From contig MU008197.1 of the NCBI GenBank assembly GCA_010909165.1, positions 434,001 to 498,000 of the forward strand: 64,000 nucleotides of DNA. Direction: 5' to 3'. The DNA comes from Anthoceros angustus. Taxonomy: Eukaryota; Plantae; Anthocerotophyta. How positions within the stretch are numbered: the stretch's first letter is position 1; every line of letters starts with the position of its first letter. The position numbers and the translations under genes were made by a program. Of the stretch, positions 46,610-59,091 are shown piece by piece. Below the pieces are notes generated by a model. The model was not told the DNA's origin and searched no databases. It saw only the letters and a program-made list of their open reading frames with translations.

Positions 46610-49600
46610 TCACTCAGCCATCGCCTCACCCTCAACTCCGTGGTCTGTCTCCATTGGTTCAGATGTGTGCGAGTCCCCGCCATTTGCAGCACCTTGCGAA
46701 TCCTTGGGTTCTGAAGGCTTCTGCTCCGCTGCTGGCGCAGGAGCAGGTTTCGGAGGGGGAGGCCGAGATTTTGTCATTATTGGCTTACAAAACCTGTCAA
46801 CAAAAAAGGTGTCATTAGCATCAACCTGCTCTCCAGCCAGCAGTCTTATCATTCTGTAGTGTGGGGGAGAATCTGAGGGCTCACGGATGCGGATCATTGC
46901 CCGTACAGAAAGCCAACTCAGCCCTGGACGCCCTAGATTCAAGAACAGCCCCTTACCTGTCCAACACTTCTGTTTTCTTCTTTATCTCAGACGTCAGTAG
47001 CACAGGGTTGGCAGCCCTGGGAAGACTTTCCTGCTGAATTCTCTTGTCCCTCAGCCATTCTTCGGCCTTAATGGACTCAGCCACCACCTTCAACACACAG
47101 CCGGATTAATTAGCTCACTGTGCATCAACTCCGCTATTAGTTACCCTAGTCTGAGGATCAATTAAGAGAATAAAGAACAGGTGCCCACCTTCTCCTTTTC
47201 GGCTGCATCAATGTGATCATACTTGGGATCTTTAGACAAGGCAGCTTCCCTGAAGCTATTGATGCAGTATTGAAGCTCAAGAAGGGCTGGACCCCGGAGT
47301 TCTTCCTCTCTTTGCCTCTCCTCAATTGGATCCCCAAGCTGTGCGGAAGCTTTCAGTCAGAACGCAGCCAAAAACAAAGTTAGGTTCCACTACTGGACCC
47401 TCGGGCAAGTCCTTTACACATACCTTCTTCAATTCAGCCAACTTTGCAGTGTAGACACTCTTTGTCTCATCCTCCCCTTCTTCATATAACCAGTCCTCAG
47501 TATGCTGCAACTTGTTGGATAACTCCTCTCTCTCAGAGTCAGTAACATATGGTGCAAGCTTTGCATAGAGCTGCAATGGCCAAGGCCAGCAGGTTAGCCG
47601 CACTTTAGTTGCACCAATACTGGCCACGCATTCAGCATAGTGCATATGGTACAGCAAGACCAGCGTTCAGAGAACCACAAAGGCAACCATCAGCTATGTG
47701 AGGGACTCATTACAGAGAAAAAGGACAAACCTTGTTTCGCATGTCATACACATACGCTTCAACTGCGTTTTTCCTATCCTTCGTCTCTTCCATCACCCGG
47801 TCTTGGAGAGCCATTTCATACTCCTTCTCAACCGCCTTCGTCAGCTCAGTCTGGGGTAACCCTCCAGGGATGACTTCGTGCACAGGAACTTCTGTGCGCT
47901 TTACTTTCTTCTTCTTCACAAGCTCTGGCTGCTCAGAGCACAAAGCAACATGCCACGATTATCAGATTGATGTCGAGCACACTACAATCGAAATTCAAGC
48001 AACAGGTTGCATCCAGTACCTTCACACTGTCTGTATCCATCTTCACAGGCTTCTCAGTCACTGGGACCCCATTTGCAGCCGTATCTGGAGTGGCCTGTGT
48101 AGGATTCTCAGCATCATCCATTTTCGATTCAGGAAACTCGGGCTTCCCAGCATCTTTATCAGTCTCCATGGGGGAAGAATCTTTGGCATCTTGTGCATTC
48201 TCCTTCTTAACAGGGACCTCAACCTCCTCTTCTTCCACCATCTGAGCACATTCAACAAACCATCATTGGCTACGTGACAGTCCCCTCCTCTGGATTTTGC
48301 ATGACCATCACTTGCTTTTGAGATACTTACGGTTGCTGATTCCACATTGAGGATTCCATGGAGATTGAGACGAATCTTGACTTTGATCTTGGCTTTCTCT
48401 GCCTTTGTTGATGTGAATGGACCAATCTGAAAGTCACACATTCCAAAGCCATTAACAAATACTACCAATGAGCTTCGCTTCTCACACTTCCTGGCAGACC
48501 CTTCAATGGCAGTTCCTTCATAATTGCAAACACAAGCAGGGAGCAACCAAATTGTAGGGAGGCGTACAAACTACAAGCAACTGTTCTAAGTAACATACAA
48601 GCTACAGACAACTGTTTTGTGTTAATAAAGGGACAATCCGAGCTATGCACCAGTACGCATACAGTATCCATCCGACAAAATCAGTCCATCAAAAAACACA
48701 AATTATGGCAGACGAAGCTGAACTTACTGTGAAAGTTGCAATCTTGGGAGATGTGCCAGCAGGCAATTCCGTAGAGTCAGCATAAAAAGAATCTACCGAA
48801 AAAGTCCCAGCTCTGTAAAATGTCAGCATTTTCGTGCTGGGAACGGGGTTGCCCTTCACAAACACGATGCTATTTGGATGCGCTTCTTCCCCTCCTTCGG
48901 AATCTGGAGCTGGTCCTTTCCAAGACAGTGCAATAGGGAAGGGGAAGGAGTCTTGAACCTAAGACATAAGACAACAAAAATGGAGTCAGGACAGGAGGAC
49001 CGGGAGGCGGCAAGTCCCAAATAGCGGCAAATCAGGCGGCGGGAAGTACCTCAAATTCTCGGACTCTGAAAGTCGGACTAAGCATGGCACACTGCAGAGT
49101 ACATCCCCGGGCAATGCACTCACTAGCATTCAACGTTCTGCCACCCTCCCTACCGAAAACTGCCGTCAAAATTTTCAAAATGGCCGGCACTCGGGAGCCC
49201 GACCCTACAACTTCCACAGCGCTGATCTTGTCAGCGGTTAGGTTGGCATCTTCCAGAGCTTTCTCACAGGGACCACGGACACGCTCCAGAATGGGAGCGG
49301 CCAAAATCTCAAACTCCTCTCTCTTGATGGAAGACCTGACGTCCTTCTCATCCATCAAGCACTCGATATTGAGAGGCGCCTCCGAATTGGCACTGAGGAC
49401 TTTCTTGAGCTTCTCACAGCCAGCTCTCAACCTGAGACTAGCTCTGGCGTTAGACACCACATCAATCTTGTACTCATCTTTAAACTTCTCAGCGAAGTGG
49501 GCAAAGAGGACCTCGTCGAAGTCCCTCCCACCCAAGTTCCGGTCAAAAGTGTGGGACAGAATTTTGAGCTGGCCCTTCTTAAACGCCGCAATGCAAACCT

Positions 49601-50219
49601 GCATGCTGGCATGCCCAACATCCACAAACGCAACATTGATGGGCTCGGAGTCGGACAGGTCCGTCTTGTAGATCCCATAGGCCAGTGCGGTCGCAGTGGT
49701 CTCATGCATGAGCCGCAGCGGATGCAAACCCGCAATCTGAGCCGCATCCAGATACGCACGCCGCTGCAGCTCGGTGAAGTAAACCGGAATACCAATAACG
49801 CAATCCAGCACGGCCGTCCCCAGGTTCTTCTCCGCGATGGACTTCAGATTGGACAGCACCATCCCGAGCAGCTGCGTGGGAGTGAAGCTCTTGTGCTCCC
49901 CCAGGTACTGCACGTTGATGGAGATACCGCCATCAGGACCCTCCGTGACATTAAACGGGAACAGCTTCAGATCCCGCTGCACATCCGGATCCTGGAATTT
50001 CTTGCCGATGAAGCGCTTGATCTGCGAGATGGTGTTCTTCGGGTTCATGGTGATGGAAGCCGAGGCGGCCGTGCCAAGAAAGCGCTGTTTGTCCCCGAAC
50101 GACACCATGGCCGGGGTCTCCCGCTTGGACTCGTCATTGAGCACCACGTCGATGCCCCGCTGCCTGGCGACTCCCACAATGGCGTTCTCATTGCCAACAT
50201 CCAAGCCTACCACACTCAT
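46610..50219 (-). CDS. HSP70-14: Cytosolic Hsp110-type chaperone (HSP70-14/15), 9 exons
   Basis: Exon 1 is 50219-49050 (MSVVGLDVGNENAIVGVARQRGIDVVLNDESKRETPA). Later exons encode VQDSFPFPIALSW, KVKIRLNLHG, EYEMALQDRVMEETKDRKNAVEAYVYDMRNK, EDWLYEEGEDETK and FCKPIMTK...EPMETD; stop at 46610. Confidence 0.97.
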
Positions 50220-50688
50220 GTTGGCAGCTCCCTAAGTCCTAAGCCTCGGATCCTGGTCCCCAGGGGCAGCCTGGGGCGGCAATTGACGGCCCCGGTGCGC
50301 TACCTCCTAACAGCAGCACCTGGAGAGCGAGTCCCCGAGCCCGATCTTGCCCTGCCTTGCTGCCTTGCTGCCTTGCTGCTCTCCGTTCTGCGACCTGACG
50401 CCACTACCGGAGACGCAGCTGACCCAGGGCTGCGGCAGAGAAGACGTGGGAGAAGAATACCGCCGCTGCGATCGCGATTACGCCTCCTCACAACGTGGGT
50501 TCCTCAAAGGGCAGCGCAGCGCGCTGTGGAGCGAGCGAGTGCGATGGCGCAAACGGCTGCTGCAGCCACTTCGCCTTGCCTTGTCTTGTGTCGCCTTTGC
50601 CCTATTTGCATTCTCCCTCCTCTCTCCTCTCTCTGGGATGCCAATGTAAGTAGCATGAGCATGTCATGGGTCATGGTATGGCGCGCCT

Positions 50689-50703
50689 GGAACGCTCTAG
50701 AAG
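50689..50703. promoter_or_regulatory. Imperfect heat-shock element upstream of the Hsp110 gene
   Basis: gGAAcgCTCtaGAAg fits nGAAnnTTCnnGAAn with one mismatch. It lies ~470 nt upstream of the ATG, just beyond the CT-rich probable leader. Confidence 0.3.
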
Positions 50704-51462
50704 GAACCCCCAAGGTGGCGCGCGTTGGACCCAGCGACCCAGCGACCTGGACCCTGGATTAAGTTAACGGCTAGTTTGTGGGCGCTTGAGGCTGTGCCAC
50801 TTGGGGACACGTACTGCAGCTTGCTTCCCCTAAACTTTGTTCGTTTTAGGGCCTGGTTTAGCTATTGAATAAAATCGATGGACGAAATTGGATCTCGTCC
50901 ATCAATCACCATTCGAGACCAGAAGGGCAGGAACAAGCTTCCACCGTCGAAATAAAGTTTCTGTTGGTATTCACGTTAATCTAGCTCTGCACGCCTAATG
51001 TCGTCGATGTGGGAATATGTAGACGTGGCTTCAGGAGGGCTACCTACGAAACGGAATATGCTTAGATCTGGATAGTTCCATACCCCTGTCCATTCTAGAC
51101 CACCAATGAAATATGCAGGGACCTCCAAACATATGAGGCGTGCGGCCCTCACCCCACATAAGGATGCCACAGGCCCAACTTCCGAGGCAGATCACCGTGA
51201 GCGACTTCAGCTAGCTGGAGGTAGTCAGTCAAGCAACTTCTCGTCCGCATTCACTTGCGCAGGAGTCCGCACTTAGGACCAGCGGTGAGAACATGCACAA
51301 CGGGAGCAGGCACGGCACGTGACGGACATCGCACACAGCGGGTCTCCCTATGTGATCCGCTCGATGGTTGAAGGTCTGGAGAGTTCCTAGTTCTCTGCTC
51401 CCAGAACAAGAACAGACCAGACCAGGCACCTGGTTGAGTTCTGATTTGCTCGGATGTCACCA

Positions 51463-54120
51463 CTACGTGCTGTCGTCCAGGAGTCCTCTCAAGGTCACTG
51501 GGCTGCCGTGCGGAGCCGCCATCTCAGCGGAGATACCCAGAGTTTGCACCAGCATGTCCACCACCTCCTTCATGCTTGGTCTACTTGACGCTTCCCGCTG
51601 AACGCAGATTCTTGCAATCTCACAAATAGAGTACAACTCAATGGGTGACAAGTTCTTGAGAGTGGGATCCATCAAGTCGACCATACGATCCCTTGAATGA
51701 AGGAACTGGGAAGCCTGCGCAAACATGATCGGGTTACAACTGAAGTTCGAACACGGAAAGAGAATGGCTCCTTGTCTCAGATAGGTGGTCGCAAAGCACA
51801 GAGAGGATAAGACACGCTACAGCAACTGACACCGGCTTCTGCAGAGCAGAGAAACTTACCCATTCCACAAGCATGCCAAAATTTTCGCTGAACGCTACTC
51901 TCCCTGACATCAGCTCGAGCAGCAAAACTCCGAACGAATACACATCTGCCGATCGGCTGTATACACCCTTCTGGACAACCTCGGGATCAACATAGCCGCC
52001 GGTTTTGCGTACCAGTGCAAGCTCTGAGCTCCCCGCTATGGGAATATGGCCCAGACCCGATATCTGAACATGGGCACACATTCAGAAATCACTCCGCTGA
52101 CACTCCTCCAGATCATCCCACCCACACTGTGGATGTAGATGAATGAAACGCAAAGTACACAGCAGATGAAAGCCAACCCCGGCAAGGTTGCAATATAACT
52201 AATTACCTTAGCTGCGAAATCTTCTGTCAAGTATACGTGACGAGACCTGAAATCCCCGTGAATCAGAGGCGGATCTACAAAGTGATGGAGGTAACAAAGC
52301 CCAAGGGCAGCGCCTACAGCTATCCTCATTCGCTGTTTCCATGGGATATGATCGTCCCCTGAGCAAACGATGTCAAATTGAGTACCTAGACTTCAAGAGA
52401 AGTCGACAGCATATTACATATTGCAGATGAAACAGTTCAATACCATGCAGATTCTCGAAGAGAGTGCCATTTGGACAGTACTGAAAGACTAGCATCCTGC
52501 ACCATGGACACAAAACCACGTTCAACATACCACAGGGGTAGGACCATTGAGTGATATCCAACTCAGCGACTGAGGAAAGCGTGAGAAGAAGAATTGCAAC
52601 ATACCGCTCATGCTTTTCATAGCAATAACCAATAAGATTAACCATGTGATGATGGTGAATAGTTGTGAGCAGGTCAACCTGCGTGCGTTCAGACATCGTG
52701 ATTAGGAGCCACACCCCCGTCAAAGACAAGACGACAATCATCCATCATTCATTGCAAACCCTGCAATTCGGTGCCACAAAATCCATTTGGGAAGAATTCA
52801 TATTGCAGACTGACCTGATACTGAAACCTGGCCTCCACATCCGAGCTATTAAACACTTCGTCCTTTACCCGCTTGATAGCAACTTCAGAGCCATCCGACA
52901 GGATACCCTTGTACACATGGTTGGTTGTGCCTTCTCCAATATGGTTGCTAAACCCCTCACTAGCTTCTTCTAAATCCTGATAGCTAAACACCAGACCACG
53001 ATCCTCCAGTCCTACACATTGGAGGAACCGTATGCGCGTCAGCGAAAACGCTCCGACCTCCGCATTGGAAAGCTGCAACAGATTACCAGGCCGCGAAAGA
53101 AGCTCACCATCTAAACCCCTGCTCTTCGCCGTGGAGTCCTTGGCCCGTGTACAAGGAAGCAGCGTAGGCTGTCGGTACCGCCTCCGAGTAAACCTGAGCA
53201 GCTGATACAATACTAGGATGGTAACAGCCAGACACAAGACCGCGCCAGCTCCGATGAACCCGCAAATCCAGGCTTGCATTTTGAGGCAATAGCCGGAGTT
53301 GGTATCTTCCCTGTCGTTGTCCATTTGCGGTGTCCACCTGCAGAAGATCAAAAAACAACAGATGCGCGGCATATCAGAGCGGCTCCCGCCACCAGTTCCA
53401 CACGAGCAAAGCAGATCTAGCTTGTCCATCACAATGTCCGCAGGCTGGACTGAAATTTGTTCATTTTCCTCTAAGGCAAAATTTTCTGTCACGCTACCAC
53501 ATTCCACTCCCTAGCTGAGAACGCAGACAAGCTCCCTGCCTCTCACACTTCACAGTAGCCACAACACCGCAATTGCACACAGGCCTGCACAAACCGAGAA
53601 AACGCACCCGGCTCAATAGCACGGGAGGACCGGATGCAGGCAGGACCTAGCCCGCTCTAAGCTCCATCCCTCCGCAGGCAGCAATGCCGCAGGCGAAGCT
53701 GCAGGCAAACAGACCATCTCCCGAGCTCAAATCCTGTCCCGCAGGTCCTAGGAACCTCCTCTTCGCCGTCTCTCCATCTCGTGCACGAACTCGGCCGATA
53801 TCAAACACAGCAACTCGGGGTCCAGCTCCCCCTTTCCTTTCCTTGAGCTCCTCCGTCGTTTCCCTCGACCTCCTCCTTCCTCCGCGCTCACCTCAAATCC
53901 TCGTAACGAGCACAGCAAGGGGCCAGCGCGGCTCTCCCCGCTCCCTTCGCAAGACGGCTGCGGCAGGAAAAGGCAGGCCGGGCTTCGGGATTTCCCCTGC
54001 GCACCACTGGCATGCCGGGGCGGGCCGGGACGACGAGGGGCGAGGCGATGTGAGGACCGTTCCGGGGCCTAGGTGTGCCCTGCCAGCGCCAGTGGTGGGA
54101 CACAGTTGCAACAACAGCAG

Positions 54121-54155
<35 letters not shown>

Positions 54156-54261
54156 CTGCAGTGCAACAGGAGGCAGCGAGTAAAAATCACAATCCACCAG
54201 TCCGCAAGGCGTTCGGCGTCCTGTCCTCGACGCACGAATCACGTATCAACGTTCGTCTCAT
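51463..54261 (-). CDS. Receptor-like (pseudo)kinase, MDIS/MRH1-like kinase domain, short LRR-less ectodomain
   Basis: Exon 1 (poly-Leu signal, ends ...YEDL AG|GTGAG at ~53892) joins in phase to an exon starting ~53339, which carries the TM segment WICGFIGAGAVLCLAVTILVLY. Kinase exons: FSYQDLEEASEGFSN, VYKGILSDGSEVAIK, MVNLIGYC, LVFQYCPNGTLFENLH, WKQRMRIAVG, HGDFRSRHVYL, ISGLG, DVYSFGVLLLELMSGR, RPSMKEVV. The ATG at 54261 needs one extra base to be in frame. Confidence 0.85.
54118..54152. repeat. (CAG)n/(CTG)n microsatellite encoding the poly-Leu signal segment of the RLK
   Basis: cagccagcagcagcagcagcagcagcagcagcagg. Confidence 0.9.
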
Positions 54262-54960
54262 GCGACGCAGTGTAAAAGCGTGATTAAATGAGCGGGCCTC
54301 GGGAACGGGCTCCGAGGCCCGAGGCGCATCGGGAAGTGGAGCCTACGTCTCGCTTTTGTCTGGCTGTCAGGCCGGCTGCTTCCGGGAAGGAGCTGTTAAT
54401 GCCAACAGACCTGCTGCCATAATGCCGCATTGGCGGGATGCGTGGTGCCGTCTGGTCCCCCGTACGCTCGCACTGCCTAATATTCCATTCAGTCAATTCG
54501 CAAGTCAAATACATCAAGTTGCAGTATAATGACCTCTATCAAAGTCTTGAGTGAACAACAAACACTGACTGTGCCCAATCGCACGTCTCAAGAATCATGT
54601 GCATACATACGTACGTACCGACTAGCTCTGTTTCCAGTGTTTCCCGAAAAGCGTGCGCTACCAAGCCCTCGTTGGACCACAAGGACGGCAGCCGATATGC
54701 CGTCGAGGCCGGTTCCCTACTGCTCTGCTCTCAACCTCTAGAGGTAGTACATAGGTCGCATGTAGCTATGCATCTGTCCTAAGCTAGTAAGTCCGGTCCC
54801 TAAACTACAAGAGGAGCCAAGCATATAGTATGACAGCAGGGGCAAAACAGCCCTCCAGGGTTATCCGGGCAAGTTGCCTCAAGAACGAAACCCCTCATCT
54901 GGACTGGGATGCACAGAAAGGAAAAAAAGGAATGGGAGTGGTAACTACCACAAAAATGAG

Positions 54961-57900
54961 TTAGCTCCCGATCCCTTGTGCGACAGGGCCTTCCGGGGAT
55001 TCTCGCTTTTGATGGGCTTGGAGAGGAGGGGCGGCTGCATCCCGGACGTAGGAGAGAGAGCGAGGGAAGCGGCCAGTCCTCATGGAGACGGGGACGGGGA
55101 CACGGCCTCTTGGCGCAACCGTGCTGGCACCCGCACCTACGGGGGGAACGCTTTTGGCAGCTTCTCCGTTCACTGGGTTCTCACGTTTCCACTGCAGGTG
55201 CGGCATGGGAGGGAAGGCTCTGGGGCCTACAGCTGGCCTCCACAGCATCGGGTTGCCTCTCATGAAGCTCCCTCTCGACATACCTCTGAGAGGCATGATG
55301 AGTGAGCGAGGGGCAGAAGGGCGAGCAGACGGAGGCGCCTCGACGCCTGCTGCTTCTTTCTTGGTGACCTGTGCAAGACAAACTTTAGTAAAACTCATTC
55401 CAGCTGAGAGGTGGAGCACAAAAAGGGCCGCAAAGCTCTCCACCAACCTTCAGAGATCGTGAATGTACAGACGAGTCGTTCAATGCCAAAGCCTTCTCGA
55501 CTGAGTCCTTAGATACAAATTCAACGTAAGCTGACCTGAAAAAACCAAGGAAGACGACCTGCTTAGTTACAACACACAAAACGCCCAAAACAACAAGGTT
55601 CAAGTAACAGCCACCCATGAACGGTCATTATTACCCTGTAGGCTTCCCGGCAGCATCAGAGACTATCTTGACATGAACAATCTCTCCACACGGTTTGAAA
55701 TGAGCGGAGATGGTCTCTTGTGTCGTTGCAAAGTGTACCTGAAATAACAAGTCCACAATTTTGTCAGCGCAAAAAAGCCTTCCAACTACAGTAGCGTACT
55801 TCCAAGCAAAAGATGTCACCTCAAAAAATAGCAAGGAGATATGAATGTCAACTCACATTGCTCACAAGCACCGAGTGTGAATCAACCTCAGATTGGCTCC
55901 GTGGTGTGGGTGGTGGTTGGCCTGTTGAGCAGCAAACAATAAACTCCACTGTTGGTCCAACAGCACATGCTAATGTCTAACTTTTGCAGATAAGAACTTT
56001 GATGAGATCGTACTGCCAAACAATTGCTACAAACAGAAGCCATTACTCACCAGCTCCTGGAGATGTCCCAGCCTTCTGGACCTCTTTTGACACTTCAGCC
56101 TGCCTTGCACGCAATTTTGTCATTTCCAACTCAACTTGACGCATTCTCCTCTTCACATCCAAAACATCCTGCAAATGTTCGGTACCACTATGAGTGAAAT
56201 TATCCCTGATGGCCAGGTGCTTAAACTATGACGTCTCCCTGCCACCAAGAAGGAAAACGAAGGTGGCACTTACTTTGGTATCAACCACACCACCATTAGC
56301 TCTGTCTAAAGCTGTGTCTGACACAAGTGATCTAGCAGGCAGACTACCCATCGACATCAGCTGCGGATGGGTTTGTGATGACATGAATTCTCCAAAGTGA
56401 TCATTACTCGTAGGAAGCTCAGCGTATGCTGTCCATCCCTGAGTGTTGACTGGGTTGAGACAGTTCCTAGAATCAAGGCCAGCTGCATGACCCCATTGCC
56501 ACATGGCCTCAGCCTCTTCATCCTCTTCTGGTCTGTGCAGCGTAATGATTGTTTCATCATTGTCCTCCTCTTGACTATTTTCGTACATGTCATCATAGAA
56601 CTCATATTTTCCAGCACCTTCCTCAACCGCATCAGACATGCTAGCCTCAGGCTCTTGCTTCTCCTCAATCCTCACTCCTCCTGCATTGACAGCCCTGAAA
56701 GTTTGGGAAGGCACTTGACCTTTACTGATCCCATTTCCATTAGCCACCTCTGTTGCCACTACGTAATCCCTATCCACTCTAGCTGCTTCTGCCTCCCTTT
56801 GAGATCTCCGCAGCTCTTTTTGAGCCCTGCGACGGTTGTGGTGCCGCCTTATTCCACTTCGTACTTTTTCAACCACAGAATCTTCATAATCTGGCATTTC
56901 CTGATCCCCTTTTACATCATAATCCCCAGCTCCTGCAACTTCCTCTGTAGCGCCATCTCTGGACATCTGGACTTCGCCCTGTCTGTTTCCCAAACGGTCC
57001 CAAACGCTGGTAGTGCTTGAAGTCCTACCACCTCTACTATGCCTAACATTATTCACATCCTCAGCTGCAGCAGCTGCTGCCTTCAAAGCCACGGCTATGG
57101 CTGGTAACATCTTTGCTCCGCCTTTGTTCATGTCAGACACTGATCTCTGTGGACGTACTCTCCCGTTTGGCTCACCTGACGGATTGAATAAAAATTTTAG
57201 AGATCAGAACCGTAAGAAGCACCACACAACAGTCACCAAGGCGCAGCACAGAAAGCCCATTAAGAAGCAACACAAGAGTAGAAGCTGTGCCACCCATACC
57301 CGCATCAGCTACAACGGAGCGTAGTCTTCTGTCTGAATCCACTCTCCTGAAACTGCCACCGGATGGGGCGACTGCATCTCTAAGTGCAGACTCCAGCAGC
57401 CTGGTAGGAGCCTTAACACGAGGTGGAGATGCGTCACCCTGTTTTGCCAAGAAGCACACGCCATCAGATGCTGCCATCGAGAACAAACCAACAGTCACGT
57501 ACGCAAGATGCTCCTAACCTTCCGCTGTGGATTTCCATCCACACGACTTCGTCTCCTCCTAGCCCATGGCTCTGGCGATCGATCCCGCTTAGAGTTTCCT
57601 TGCCGGCCCCTGCTGTACCGTCCTTCTTTTGCATTCTCATCAACATTTGCACCATCAGCCTGAGCAGCATTGACTTCGAGATCCCTCTTGAGCTTAACCA
57701 TACGATTCTTAGGTTTAGCTGTCAACTCCTCGGTTAGTGAACTCTTTGAGTTCAAAATAGGAGCCTCGCTCACTCCATTGCCAGCCACCTGCAAAAAGAA
57801 GAACGGAATCACATTTTTTTTAATATACAAGTTTTTGCAAACCACAACATAATCAGAATAACACCTCGGACACCGACCTGCTCACTATCCTTCATAACTG

Positions 57901-58522
57901 CATCCCCAACATCATCTTGAACGGCAGCTTGAACATCAGCAGCAGCAGCAGCCTTCTCAACCCCATCCGAAACTGGCAACTGAACATCCGTGTAGCGATG
58001 CTGATTTGCTGCTACATGATCCCACAGCCTGCAAAAAGGAATCGAACGAAATCAGTAAACGTGCCCAAGTGGACAGCCGTTATCGCCCCAAGCAGACCAG
58101 CTTGCCCTAGAAGGAAGCTCCTCCACATTACCACGAAACAAAAGCTTCGCTTTGATCCCCAAGAAAGGCTTCAAGGTCTGCGGACGCCTGCGCTTGGTGC
58201 TTCCCATGTGAAACAAGGACAACAACATACTCCTGCAATCAACCAGACAACCAACATTCGTCATTCACGGCATTGTACAGCCCGATCGTCAACCATATCT
58301 CCAACCGAACCAACTTCTGCACTTCCATGCACTGCCTGCACAAATTAGGTCGGAGGGATCAGAAAGCCGGCAAGAATGAGGAGGATAACCCACCGCAAGC
58401 ACGTCGTCTGCATAACTCTGCATTAACTCAGCCAGCTTCGCCTTCACCACATCCGTGAGCTTCTTCTTTCCATCAGCACCCAGAGTGAGCATAAAGGAGC
58501 GCCCCGCCCCCGCAGAATCCAT
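54961..58522 (-). CDS. PWI-like plus RRM RNA-binding protein (At3g12640-like / PABN-related RRM)
   Basis: Exon 1 is 58522-58394 (MDSAGAGRSF...VKAKLAELMQSYADDVLA). The next exon reads EYVVVLVSHGKHQAQASADLEAFLGDQSEAFVSW. RRM exons: VHFATTQETISAHFKPCGEIVHVKIV and SAYVEFVSKDSVEKALALN. The tail has HLQWKR and PRSLSYVR; stop at 54961. Confidence 0.88.
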
Positions 58523-59091
58523 GACTGCTAGTGAGGCGGTGACGGCACCGGGGAATAGGATCACCGAGGGAATCACAGGTGCAGCGAGGTTGCACTAAAG
58601 GGAACCATGCAGACAGCCAAATGCCTGAGGGCCATACGACGTGGCTGGAATCCACTGGTCACGTCTATATGTATGCGCGGATGACTGTCCCGCAGCAGCA
58701 AACTCCAAAACAGTGCCCGGCCGCCGGGTCGTAGAGAAGACAGGCTTCAGAGCGCGCAGGGAGAGCAGTCATGCACCACTCCACACTCTTGGGGAGTCAC
58801 AACACCTGTCCGAAACCATTCTGACCGGAGACCACCACTCCAGGCTGAGCCACTTGCTAGCAAATAGGGCAAGGGTTTCTGCCTCCTATCTCGGCTCCGC
58901 TTGCTTGCTGATGACCAGAGCCCGCCGATCTCCAACCCAAACTTTACGCACGATCCTGTTGTTGTTGATGCAACCGAGAGAAGGATGAACGCCAGACCAG
59001 CGAACCAACAGCGCCAACAAATGCTTGAAGAAGACGGATCGTTAATACTCCACTGCCCTGTCCTGAATCCTTTAATTTTTTTTTATCTCCG

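Noticed and set aside
53684-54283. Plus-strand poly-Gln ORF
   Set aside because: It is the antisense of the RLK exon 1 CTG repeat.
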